NCBI GenBank assembly: GCA_041651035.1 | Contig: JBAZKC010000002.1 | Coordinates: forward strand, 269,606-333,605 | Length of the DNA: 64,000 bases | Direction: 5' to 3' | DNA from: Candidatus Omnitrophota bacterium | GTDB taxonomy: Bacteria > Omnitrophota > Gorgyraeia > Gygaellales > Profunditerraquicolaceae | Shown: in pieces, positions 1 through 8,362 of the stretch | Numbering within the stretch: position 1 is the stretch's first letter | Layout: each line of letters begins with the position of its first letter | Translations under genes and position numbers: made by a program | The notes under the pieces: model-generated | Seen by the model: the letters and a program-made list of their open reading frames with translations, nothing else | What the model was told of the DNA's origin: nothing | Database searches by the model: none

Positions 1-389
1 AGTATGGGGGACGATTCGGCCGGATGCAGCCGGATATTTACTTTATTCTTTAATACCCTGGCATTCTTACATTTGTTTTCCGGAGACATACCGGAGCATT
101 CGGCCAGGTTTTTCTTAATATAACAAGGCGCGGGCTTAGGCAGCCTTATTTTATACCATTCATATAGCTCCAGGACTACTTCCACTTTTTCGTTTTTATT
201 GAGAATGGAGATTACTTCGGAAGTAACGCTGGAATCCGAACGCAGGTTTATATTATCGGCGTTAACCTCGCCTTGGAATAACGGGGGATCAGGCTGCGCG
301 GGGCAAATATTAAACTGTAACCAGAACGCGAAGATCAATACGGCAGGTATTATATGCTTGAGCCGGTTTATACGATACGCATCGATCAC
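1..389 (-). CDS. Partial hypothetical secreted protein (N-terminal part only; gene runs off the window start). Probable GTG start at 389 overlapping the upstream stop (GTGA).
   Basis: The minus-strand frame is open from 389 to the window edge. It translates to VIDAYRINRLKHIIPAVLIFAFWLQFNICPAQP..., with a signal-peptide-like hydrophobic segment. No ATG is available, and a GTGA junction with ORF 386..688 suggests translational coupling. Confidence 0.3.
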   Translation of the reverse strand, partial: MIDAYRINRLKHIIPAVLIFAFWLQFNICPAQPDPPLFQGEVNADNINLRSDSSVTSEVISILNKNEKVEVVLELYEWYKIRLPKPAPCYIKKNLAECSGMSPENKCKNARVLKNKVNIRLHPAESSPI

Positions 390-688
390 TTCTTTTCCTG
401 GGCTTTGCCGGCGGCCGCGCCCTTAGCGGCAGCACCCTTAGCGGCGGGCTGTTGTTTAGATTCGGCGGCGGCCGGAGCTGCTGCTGGCGTAGCCGCGGTT
501 TCCGTCTTCTCTGCTTTTTCTTTCTTTATCTTGATCCTTACGGTTTTTAGCTTAGGCAATCCGTAAACACTGTCGCCTTCTTTCCACTTACCCTTCTCCA
601 TCAGTATGCGCAGGCGCTCCGTGCGCTTTAATACCGACTGTTGTTTCTTGTTTTTATCTGACAAGGCTAATGAGGGATGCATAGACAT
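386..688 (-). CDS. Small basic hypothetical protein with a Lys/Ala/Pro-rich low-complexity C-terminal tail (histone H1/AlgP-like tail)
   Basis: ORF of 100 aa. The N-terminal 55 aa are basic and globular-looking; the C-terminus is AATPAAAPAAAESKQQPAAKGAAAKGAAAGKAQEKK. I recognise no family. Confidence 0.5.
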   Translation of the reverse strand: MSMHPSLALSDKNKKQQSVLKRTERLRILMEKGKWKEGDSVYGLPKLKTVRIKIKKEKAEKTETAATPAAAPAAAESKQQPAAKGAAAKGAAAGKAQEKK

Positions 689-691
689 GGT

Positions 692-1267
692 TTATAACCT
701 CCTTATATAGCAATCATTATATCGTTTTTTTAGTTCCGATAACATAGACTGCGCTGTTTCTCTATTAGAAAAATTACCTACATATAACACGGTATAGCTC
801 CCCTTAGGCAAAACTAAGGCGGAGAACCCTTTTTTCTTTAATAATTCCGCCTCTTTTTGCGCGTGCGTTATAGTTTTATAACTGGCCAGCTGGATAACGT
901 AGCCTTGCTTCTCAAATAAAGCAGGCTGTTTTACGCCCTCTTCTTTTTTTACGGCAATAGCGGCGGGAAGGGGAACAGTTATTTTCTGGCTTAACGTATT
1001 AGACGGCTGCGGCTGCGGTATAGCCGTAAGCGCTAAATCCAAACGGGAATTACTGGACATTGCCAGCCTCTTGCCTTTTTCTACTCCCAAAGAAAACGAG
1101 ATAATACTTGTGGTTATTAAAGCGATGATCAAAAGTATCGCTTTTTCGTAATTCCAGATACGCGCCAGGAAAGAATTGCTGGCTTTGCGGGACTCCGGAT
1201 CACCGAGCCCCTCTTTTTGCCCGAATAATTCTAACTGAAAGCCATCTTGATTTTCCATTCTTATCAT
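692..1267 (-). CDS. SPOR-domain protein (septal peptidoglycan-binding, DedD/FtsN-like) with an N-terminal TM anchor
   Basis: The C-terminal ~75 aa (GYVIQLASYKTITHAQKEAELLKKKGF...YTVLYVGNFSNRETAQSMLSELKK) match the SPOR repeat pattern. A hydrophobic helix lies near residue 45. Confidence 0.7.
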   Translation of the reverse strand: MIRMENQDGFQLELFGQKEGLGDPESRKASNSFLARIWNYEKAILLIIALITTSIISFSLGVEKGKRLAMSSNSRLDLALTAIPQPQPSNTLSQKITVPLPAAIAVKKEEGVKQPALFEKQGYVIQLASYKTITHAQKEAELLKKKGFSALVLPKGSYTVLYVGNFSNRETAQSMLSELKKRYNDCYIRRL

Positions 1268-1284
1268 ATTCTAAACTAATATTT

Positions 1285-2343
1285 CTAACGGGACAAGTAA
1301 TTTTTTGTATTTATTTTCTTAATGACTTTCAGGAAGGCCTCTACCATTTTAGGGTCAAATTGCGTGCCGCTCTTCTTCTTTATCTCCTTTACCGCGGAGG
1401 CAATATTCATCCTCTCCCGGTAAGGCCTGCCGTATACCATAGCCTCAAACGCGTCAGCTACCGCCATAATGCGCGCGCCCTGGGGTATCTGCCCTTTTCT
1501 TAACCTGGAGGGATATCCCGTGCCGTCGTATCTCTCATGATGGTGCATTATTATCGGGATGACCGGCTTTAATACCTGTAAAGGCCGCAGTATTTGCGCG
1601 CCCTTAAGAGGGTGCTTTTTGATAATATTATATTCCTTAACGGTTAATTTAGTTGTCTTTGTAAGTATTTCTAGCGGGATATCGATTTTTCCCGTATCGT
1701 GTAACAAGCTGGCGTATTTCAAGCTCTCGATCTTCTTTTCATCAAGATGCATTTGATGCCCTATCGCGGTTACCAACCTGCTAAAATAAGGCGAATGGGT
1801 ATATTCCTGGGGGACCCGCGTATCCAGGAGCGTTACCAGCGATTTTATGCTTCCCAGGACTATCCTCTGCTGCTCTTCGTAAAGCTCCAGATTCCTTATC
1901 CCTGTTATTGCCTGTTCAACCAGCATCATCAGCAGCTCCTGGTCAAACTGATTAAAGGCAGGATCGTTTTTCTTGCGTTTTATGATTATAAGCCCGATCA
2001 GATCTTCGGAGATCAAAGGGATCCCCAGCATGTCGTCGCTTCTTACAACGGAAAGCTTTTTTATTATCTTCTTCTCTATCCTGCTGGCTATCTTTATCTT
2101 TTTATCAATGACATATTTTTTCCTGTCGCTTATCAGGCATTTTAATACAGAGTGCTTTTTAGCGGGATCCAGCAACACAATTAAGCAGTATTGGGAATGG
2201 AATATCTGGCAGATCAGCCGGCTTAAGCGGATGATCAGGTCTTTCAGCTCATAGGTAGAATTAACCAGGCGGTAAATACTATGGCTGGCCGATATTAAAG
2301 ATTTACACCTTTTCGTAGGGGTTAAATAATTTTTTGTATTCAT
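1285..2343 (-). CDS. GAF-domain HD-GYP phosphodiesterase (c-di-GMP signalling)
   Basis: Contains the HD (HDTGKIDIP) and GYP (HHHERYDGTGYP) motifs, with an N-terminal GAF-like region. Its start overlaps the dgt stop by 41 nt. Confidence 0.8.
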   Translation of the reverse strand: MNTKNYLTPTKRCKSLISASHSIYRLVNSTYELKDLIIRLSRLICQIFHSQYCLIVLLDPAKKHSVLKCLISDRKKYVIDKKIKIASRIEKKIIKKLSVVRSDDMLGIPLISEDLIGLIIIKRKKNDPAFNQFDQELLMMLVEQAITGIRNLELYEEQQRIVLGSIKSLVTLLDTRVPQEYTHSPYFSRLVTAIGHQMHLDEKKIESLKYASLLHDTGKIDIPLEILTKTTKLTVKEYNIIKKHPLKGAQILRPLQVLKPVIPIIMHHHERYDGTGYPSRLRKGQIPQGARIMAVADAFEAMVYGRPYRERMNIASAVKEIKKKSGTQFDPKMVEAFLKVIKKINTKNYLSR

Positions 2344-3457
2344 CTAACGCGCACCTGTCCGTCATTCCCGCGATATAATCGCAGACTACCCGTTTTACCC
2401 CGTCCGCCGGTATCTTTTTTTGCGTCTCCGACGGCAGTTGTTCGGGTTTATCTATGTAAGCCTCGAATAACTCCTTAATGAACCTTTTTGCCTTAGTGCT
2501 CATCCTGATCACGCGGTAATGCTGGTACAGCTTTTTCACCAGGAATTCACGCAGGGGCTTTCTTAATTCTAACATGTCTTTGCTAAAAGACACGATTTTC
2601 TTGCCTGTTTTCTTAATATCGGAGTATGATCCAAGCTTTAACTCTGCTATATTCTTTTCCGTTTCCCGGATCAGATCTGTAACCTGGATATCTATTAACG
2701 ACCTTATTATCAGGTATTTCCTCTTGTCCGGCTCAATTTTAGCATATTTTTCCGAAATGCGCCTGTTGAGCTTATCCCATATCAATAGATGTTCTAAGTC
2801 AGATTCCCCTATTAACCCGGAGGTGAGCCCATCGTCGAGATCATGGTTATCATAAGCTATTTCATCGGCAATGTCAACCACCTGGGTCTCTAAAGTAGGC
2901 ATCTCTCCTGGAGCAAGGTCCTTGATCTTAACCGCTATATCAAAAGCCGAAGAATGTTTTACAATACCTTCTCTTGCCTCCCAGGTTAAATTAATCCCCG
3001 GAAAATCAGGGTATCTCTCCTCCAGGCAATCAACCACTCTTAAACTCTGCAGGTTATGATTAAACCCGCCGAGTTCAACCATTAATTCGTTCAAGGCCTC
3101 TTCGCCTGAATGGCCGAACGGTGTATGGCCTAAATCGTGGGCGAGGGCTATAGCCTCGGTCAGGTCGACGTTCAGCCTTAAAGCGGAGGCTATTGTCCGG
3201 GCTATCTGCGCGACTTCTATAGTATGGGTTAACCTAGTGCGGTAATAGTCTCCTTCGTGGTTTACGAATACCTGGGTCTTATACTCCAGCCTCCTGAAAG
3301 CGGCGGAGTGGACGATCCTGTCGCGGTCCCTTTGATACGCCGACCTATAAGGATGCTCTTCCTCTTTATAGACCCTTCCCCTGGTATTATAGCTTTTCAT
3401 GGCGTAAGGTGCCAGGGTGATATCTTCTAATTTTCTGATCTGTTCTTGATCCAGCAT
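2303..3457 (-). CDS. dgt: dGTP triphosphohydrolase-like HD-domain protein (Dgt family)
   Basis: The N-terminus YNTRGRVY...SAYQRDRDRIVHSAAFRRLEYKTQV and the HD motif AHDLGHTPFGH are typical of dGTPase-like proteins. Confidence 0.8.
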   Translation of the reverse strand: MLDQEQIRKLEDITLAPYAMKSYNTRGRVYKEEEHPYRSAYQRDRDRIVHSAAFRRLEYKTQVFVNHEGDYYRTRLTHTIEVAQIARTIASALRLNVDLTEAIALAHDLGHTPFGHSGEEALNELMVELGGFNHNLQSLRVVDCLEERYPDFPGINLTWEAREGIVKHSSAFDIAVKIKDLAPGEMPTLETQVVDIADEIAYDNHDLDDGLTSGLIGESDLEHLLIWDKLNRRISEKYAKIEPDKRKYLIIRSLIDIQVTDLIRETEKNIAELKLGSYSDIKKTGKKIVSFSKDMLELRKPLREFLVKKLYQHYRVIRMSTKAKRFIKELFEAYIDKPEQLPSETQKKIPADGVKRVVCDYIAGMTDRCALDEYKKLFNPYEKV

Positions 3458-3490
3458 TCTTTTATAGACTAAGCTTTAATTCTTCAGGCT

Positions 3491-3979
3491 TTAAAGCCTG
3501 ATTATCTTCGCCTCTATTGTATCGTTGATCTCAATTATACCATAAGAATTGTACTGAGAGAAAACTTTATCAGTGGGGCTGCCGGGATTAAAGAATAACA
3601 CGCCCCCTTTTTTCTCGTTTAAAGGAATATGCGAATGCCCAAAAATGATCAAATTTACGTTGTCGTCTTTAAAAATAGAAGCCATGAGGTCTGCTAATTT
3701 ATTCGGGGCTCCGTATCCATGCATTATGCCGATAACATGGTTTCCGATCTTGAATATTTCTTTCTGGCGCAGGGTTTTTCTTGTTTCCTCTGAATCCATA
3801 TTCCCCCAGACCGCCTTTACATTGCCGCAAGCGGACTTTAATTTATCCAATACGCTTGAGTCCACAAAGTCTCCGGCGTGTATGACCATATCGGACTTCT
3901 TGATCTCTTCCCATACCTGCCGGGGTATATCTTGAGCCCTGTCGGGGATATGGGTATCCGAGATCACGCAAATTCTCAT
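3491..3979 (-). CDS. YfcE/MJ0936-type metallophosphoesterase (calcineurin-like phosphodiesterase)
   Basis: Metal-ligand motifs are present: DTH (ISDTHIP), GD (HAGDF), GNMD, MHGY and GHSHIP. The start overlaps the upstream ATPase stop (ATGA). Confidence 0.8.
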   Translation of the reverse strand: MRICVISDTHIPDRAQDIPRQVWEEIKKSDMVIHAGDFVDSSVLDKLKSACGNVKAVWGNMDSEETRKTLRQKEIFKIGNHVIGIMHGYGAPNKLADLMASIFKDDNVNLIIFGHSHIPLNEKKGGVLFFNPGSPTDKVFSQYNSYGIIEINDTIEAKIIRL

Positions 3980-5580
3980 GCTATCACCCAGGGCTTAGAA
4001 AACAGGTCTAATACCTGATTCAGGTTATTTATATCCCAGGTCCAGATCTTCTCTTCCATGGCTTTTAAACGGGTATTCGCGTCTATGTCTTGAAGCGTGA
4101 CAATGATCTTCCTCTGCGTCTTATGGCGGTATTTTTTGCATTCCCTGGCGAATTCCGTAATATCCTCTTCGGTCAACAGCCCGCGTTTAAACGCCATTAT
4201 CCAGAGGCTGTCGTTACAGCGCCCGATCAATCCGTCTTTCAGGCCGCTGCCGTTAAATTCCAGGGGCTTTACCTCCCTGAAATGATTGAGCCTTATATTC
4301 TTCCTCTCTATTTGCGTTACCTCGTCTTCAAAAAGATGCAGGACCTCGGTCAATCTTTCAGTGACAGGCTTGCGCGCGCTTAAAAAGAAATCCTGGATCA
4401 TGTCTTCTATATTGCCCCTGAACTTCGCCTTTTGGTTCTTGGCGTCGAAAGTCAAAGAATGCAGTTTCTCCTGGTAGACATACCTTAACCAGAAACCAAA
4501 CACCCTATCGTTAATTTTTAAAAAATCCCCGCTGCGTATTACGGCATCGAGTTCCAGGAGCCGGTTTATTCTTGACATCAACTCTTTCCTGTTCTTGTGT
4601 AATATGTGCGCGATATCCTTGATCTTATTCCTTCCGCTGGCAATCAGGTATAAGATCGATATGTAATCATCGTTATGGCTTAAGCCTAGGAAACGTTTGA
4701 TATAATTAGAGAACCTTATGTTCAACATCCCCGAAGAATCAAAAAGCAGGCTTTCCAGTATATCGGCTAAATTAAGCTGATTGCCCTCTTGTGTTGATTT
4801 TAGCAGGGAATCGGATATGGCTTCTAAGTACAGCGGGTATCCTCCTGTAAAATGGACTATAAAATTCTTTAAGGCGTTATTCAGGCCCAGGTCGCCCAGC
4901 CTGTGTTCCAGGTATTGCTCGCTGGTCCTGATGTCAAAGGGCTCTACAGTGATCAGCTCAAAATTACCGAATAATAAGGATAAGTTCTTTGAGAGTATCG
5001 CCCTGGATTTGAATTTCAGGGAGCTTACAATGATATACATCGTATTCTTCTGGGAGATCAGTAATTTAGGCCATTCGCGGTACAAGTTCTTAATACCTAT
5101 ATTTTCCAGATTATGGAATTCATCTAAGATCACTACGCAGGACTTACCCGTCTCAAGATATATGGTATCGCACAATGAGAATAATTCCGTGAAGATACTA
5201 CTCCTTCTCCTCTTGTCGGCGGCATTGAGTATCAGCCTTATTTTTTCTACCGTCTTAGGTATATATTTCTCGGATTTCGTGATCAGGAAACCCAGGTCTT
5301 CTTTTAAGGCAATATTGCTGTTAAGCAGAAAATTATACAGGAGTACGCCGACAAACCTCCTGGCAAAAGAATGCAGAGGCTCCTGTCTTACTTCCAAATA
5401 GGCCGCGATGATCCGGTTATCGTAGAAACTATTCAGGAGCTTGAATATCATCGAAGTCTTGCCTATGGATTCCTCCCCGATAATAGCGATATTCTGGCGG
5501 TAATTATCCTTTAAGCCGCCTATGCGCTTTTCTAAGATATCCAGGTAAGATCTGCGGTCAAATATTTTATCTGTTATCAT
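3976..5580 (-). CDS. P-loop ATPase of the archaeal-type ATPase architecture (Walker A/B N-terminal domain plus a large C-terminal domain of unknown function)
   Basis: Walker A is IIGEESIGKTS and Walker B is VVILDEFHNL. The protein is 534 aa, and the C-terminal ~250 aa are not recognised. From memory it resembles the PF01637 ATPase plus DUF234 arrangement. It is ATGA-coupled to both neighbours. Confidence 0.6.
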   Translation of the reverse strand: MITDKIFDRRSYLDILEKRIGGLKDNYRQNIAIIGEESIGKTSMIFKLLNSFYDNRIIAAYLEVRQEPLHSFARRFVGVLLYNFLLNSNIALKEDLGFLITKSEKYIPKTVEKIRLILNAADKRRRSSIFTELFSLCDTIYLETGKSCVVILDEFHNLENIGIKNLYREWPKLLISQKNTMYIIVSSLKFKSRAILSKNLSLLFGNFELITVEPFDIRTSEQYLEHRLGDLGLNNALKNFIVHFTGGYPLYLEAISDSLLKSTQEGNQLNLADILESLLFDSSGMLNIRFSNYIKRFLGLSHNDDYISILYLIASGRNKIKDIAHILHKNRKELMSRINRLLELDAVIRSGDFLKINDRVFGFWLRYVYQEKLHSLTFDAKNQKAKFRGNIEDMIQDFFLSARKPVTERLTEVLHLFEDEVTQIERKNIRLNHFREVKPLEFNGSGLKDGLIGRCNDSLWIMAFKRGLLTEEDITEFARECKKYRHKTQRKIIVTLQDIDANTRLKAMEEKIWTWDINNLNQVLDLFSKPWVIA

Positions 5581-6263
5581 GGCAAATAGAAAATAGGGTT
5601 CTGCGGAGCATACCCTTTTCTTATTTCAAAATGCAGGTATGTGCTTTTGCTTCTGCCGCCGCAGCCTGTTTTGGCTATAACGGACCCCTTTCCCACGCTA
5701 TCCCCGGCCTTAACAAATACCTGCGCGTTACGGGCATAAACAGTGGAAAATCCGTCGCCGTGATCAATGATCAAAGTCTTGCCAAAATGCCTGAAGTTGT
5801 CTTTATAAAAGACTACCTTGCCGGCGCGCGAGGCGACCACTTCTAAGTTATCATACGGCTGTATATTAATACCCTTGTTAACCATATTATTAAAAACCTG
5901 GCCAAAAGCGGCGATAACCCTTCCTTTGACCGGCCACATAAAATCTTCAGAAGCGTACCTATCGGGTAAAGAAACCTGCTTTTGACGGTTAGGGATAAAT
6001 ATTAACTGGCCTATCTCTATGTTTGAGGTATCGGAAATATGGTTTATCTGGGTGATCCTGTCTAAGTCCACGTTATATAACTTAGATATCTTCCAGAGGG
6101 TCTGGCCTTTTTCTACCCGATGATAAACCCCCGGTATTCCCGCTACAGGGGCGGCCGGCTTTATATAAGGAGCGGAGGCGCAACCGGCAAAAAACAGCAG
6201 GTAGAATATAGTAGTTAGTAGGTAGGTTATTTTCTTCCTATTATTAAATATATGTTCTCTCAT
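5577..6263 (-). CDS. nlpD: NlpD-like lipoprotein with a LysM domain and a degenerate LytM (M23) domain
   Basis: A lipobox (LFFAGCAS) is present. The LysM motif is GQTLWKISKLYNVDLDRITQIN. The M23 HxxxD motif is present (IIDHGDG), but the HxH motif reads YLHFEI with the first His replaced, as in the amidase activators NlpD and EnvC. Confidence 0.75.
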   Translation of the reverse strand: MREHIFNNRKKITYLLTTIFYLLFFAGCASAPYIKPAAPVAGIPGVYHRVEKGQTLWKISKLYNVDLDRITQINHISDTSNIEIGQLIFIPNRQKQVSLPDRYASEDFMWPVKGRVIAAFGQVFNNMVNKGINIQPYDNLEVVASRAGKVVFYKDNFRHFGKTLIIDHGDGFSTVYARNAQVFVKAGDSVGKGSVIAKTGCGGRSKSTYLHFEIRKGYAPQNPIFYLP

Positions 6264-6311
6264 TTTACTCTCTCCCTACATACTATATACTAACTACTAC
6301 CTACTGCACTC

Positions 6312-6385
6312 TGGAGCGGGTGAGGGGAATCGAACCCCTATATCCAGCTTGGGAAGCTGGTGTTCTACCACTGAACTACACCCGC
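6312..6385 (-). tRNA. tRNA-Gly (anticodon CCC), 74 nt with encoded CCA
   Basis: The reverse complement GCGGGTGTAGTTCAGTGGTAGAACACCAGCTTCCCAAGCTGGATATAGGGGTTCGATTCCCCTCACCCGCTCCA folds as a cloverleaf. The 7-bp acceptor stem is perfect, the anticodon loop is TTCCCAA, there is a TTCGATT T-loop, and the discriminator is U. Confidence 0.9.
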
Positions 6386-6410
6386 AATCTTTATCTGCCG
6401 GCGGTCAGGG

Positions 6411-6454
6411 CAGGCCTACCTGCCGGTAGGCAGGCCTACCTGCCGGTAGGCAGG
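6411..6454. repeat. Tandem 20-nt repeat (caggcctacctgccggtagg, 2.2 copies) with internal dyad symmetry, overlapping the thiC stop codon
   Basis: Read directly: unit copies at 6411-6430 and 6431-6450, followed by a partial cagg. Within each unit, cctacc/ggtagg and cctgcc/ggcagg are inverted repeats. The thiC stop TAG lies at 6436-6438, inside the second copy. Confidence 0.8.
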
Positions 6455-7725
6455 CATTCATCCATTAATTTAATAGGGCAATACTTACCGCACATTGTGC
6501 ACACATCCGAAAGGACGGGTTTTGAAGAAACCCGGTAATCAGCCGCCTTATCAGGGTCTATGGATAACTCAATTTGTTTTTTCCAGTCGCGCTTTTTACG
6601 GGCTTCCGACATTTTCCTGTCCCAGTCTTTAGCGGATTTTATCCCTTTGGCAATATCTGCCGCGTGCGCGGCGATCCTGGAGGCTATAACCCCCTCCCTT
6701 ACATCTTCAATAGAAGGATGCCTTAAGTGCTCAGACGGAGTAACATAACATAAAAAGTCCGCTCCGAAACTGGCGGCCAAAGCGCCTCCGATCGAAGAGG
6801 TTATATGGTCATATCCGCTGGCCACATCCGTAACCAGCGGGCCCAGGCAATAAAAAGGAGCGCCATGGCAGATCTTTTTCTCTAAGACGATGTTTTCCTT
6901 GATCTGGTCTAAAGGTATGTGCCCCGGGCCTTCTATCATAACCTGGACATTCTTTCTCTTAGCGCGTGATGCCAGTTCCCCTAAGATCTCCAGCTCCGCG
7001 ATTTGCGCTTTATCAGTAGCATCCAAGATCGACCCCGGCCTAAGGCCGTCACCCAGGCTTAGGGTTACGTCGTACTTATAAGCTATTTTCAAAACCCTGT
7101 CAAAATATTCATAAAAAGGGTTTTCTTGTTTGTGTTTGGCGATCCAACTGGCCAGGATCGCCCCTCCCCTGGAAACAATATCCAGTATCCTTCTATGCTT
7201 TTTTAAAACACCCAGGCTCCTGCGGTTGACCCCGGCATGAATAGTAAAGAAATCCACTCCATCCTCTGCCTGAGACTCTAAGGTATCCAGTATATGCTCG
7301 ATATCGAAATCCAGGAAATCGCCTCTTTTCCTGGAAGCGTCTACAGCTATTTCGTAGACCGGGACTGTCCCCACGGGGATAGGCGAAGAAGCCAATACTT
7401 CTTTTCTTATCTTCTTAAGGTTGCCCCCCACGCTTAGGTCCATAACCGCGTCCGCACCGTATTTTACAGCTACCGATAGTTTCTTTAATTCGTCTTTGAT
7501 CCGTGACTTATCCGTAGATGTGCCGATATTCGCGTTCACCTTGGTCTTAAGGCCCAAGCCAATGCCGCAGGGCTTCTTTATGCTGCGCCCCGAATTTAAC
7601 GGTATTACTGCTTTGCCTTCTTTGATACGCCTTAAGAATTGCCCGGGATCCAGGTGTTCATCCTGAATGATCTTCTTCATTAAAGGCGTTATGGTATTAT
7701 TTCTGGCGTATTCTAATTGGGTCAT
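6436..7725 (-). CDS. thiC: Phosphomethylpyrimidine synthase ThiC (radical SAM)
   Basis: The 429-aa ORF is typical ThiC along its full length, with the C-terminal CTMCGKYC cluster motif. Confidence 0.9.
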   Translation of the reverse strand: MTQLEYARNNTITPLMKKIIQDEHLDPGQFLRRIKEGKAVIPLNSGRSIKKPCGIGLGLKTKVNANIGTSTDKSRIKDELKKLSVAVKYGADAVMDLSVGGNLKKIRKEVLASSPIPVGTVPVYEIAVDASRKRGDFLDFDIEHILDTLESQAEDGVDFFTIHAGVNRRSLGVLKKHRRILDIVSRGGAILASWIAKHKQENPFYEYFDRVLKIAYKYDVTLSLGDGLRPGSILDATDKAQIAELEILGELASRAKRKNVQVMIEGPGHIPLDQIKENIVLEKKICHGAPFYCLGPLVTDVASGYDHITSSIGGALAASFGADFLCYVTPSEHLRHPSIEDVREGVIASRIAAHAADIAKGIKSAKDWDRKMSEARKKRDWKKQIELSIDPDKAADYRVSSKPVLSDVCTMCGKYCPIKLMDECLPTGR

Positions 7726-7726
7726 T

Positions 7727-8362
7727 TTAATGTAAGATCCCTGATAATTCCTCGATTGCCGAAGGTATATTTTCCGCCGCTAAAATCGCCCTGCAAACGG
7801 ATACCCTTTTTGCTCCGGATGACAATATCCCGTTTATATTATTAAGGTTGATGCCGCCGATAGCAAAAATTGGTATTTTGATCTTTTTCTTAAGCGCCCT
7901 GAATAAATCCGGGCCGATCGCCAGGTATCCGGGTTTTGTGGGCGTGGAAAATACCGGGCCTATGCCTATATAATCAGCTCCCTCCCCCTGCGCCTTAAGC
8001 GCCTGTTTTAGGTTATGACAAGAGATACCGATGATCTTGTCTTTACCTAATACGCGCCTGGCTATTTCTATGGGCATATCTTCCTGCCCCAGGTGGATCC
8101 CGTCGCTGTCTACGATCCTGGCAATATCTAAATAATCATTTACAATGAACAACTTTTTAGCGCCTGATAATATTTTACGGATCAGTAAGGCGTTCTTTAA
8201 AACATCTTCTCTCTTTGACTCTTTGTCCCTGAATTGTATTATATCTACTCCCGGGCCTGTTACCTTAGCAGCTATGGCAGGCAAAGAACACTTTCCGGCA
8301 GTTTTCTTATCAATGATCAGATAAAGCCGAGAGTTTTTTAGCAATATTTTTCTCGATTTCAT
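7727..8362 (-). CDS. thiE: Thiamine-phosphate synthase
   Basis: TMP-synthase fold pattern: LYLIIDKK..., GVDIIQFRDK, GIHLGQED, and a GIGPVFSTPTK phosphate-binding loop. Confidence 0.85.
   Translation of the reverse strand: MKSRKILLKNSRLYLIIDKKTAGKCSLPAIAAKVTGPGVDIIQFRDKESKREDVLKNALLIRKILSGAKKLFIVNDYLDIARIVDSDGIHLGQEDMPIEIARRVLGKDKIIGISCHNLKQALKAQGEGADYIGIGPVFSTPTKPGYLAIGPDLFRALKKKIKIPIFAIGGINLNNINGILSSGAKRVSVCRAILAAENIPSAIEELSGILH

Noticed and set aside
199-566. Plus-strand ORFs 199..426 and 354..566
   Set aside because: They overlap the better-supported minus-strand genes, have no Shine-Dalgarno, and are low-complexity (a poly-Ala stretch mirroring the K/A tail on the other strand).
3485-3500. 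Perfect 16-nt palindrome caggctttaaagcctg spanning the phosphoesterase stop codon
   Set aside because: The stem is short (7 bp), and on the minus strand it is followed by an A-rich rather than a U-rich tract. It is most likely coincidental, or a weak RNA stem, in a 33-nt spacer. It is not callable as a terminator.
1-6311. Integrated genomic island at the 3' end of tRNA-Gly
   Set aside because: No integrase, transposase or direct repeat of the tRNA 3' end is visible within the window. The hypothesis is kept only as a caveat under the first finding and is not called as a mobile element.
6411-6454. Possible CRISPR array (20-nt direct repeats)
   Set aside because: There are only 2.2 contiguous copies and no spacers; it is a simple tandem duplication. 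The same applies to the 13-nt repeat pair in the tuf-rpsJ spacer.
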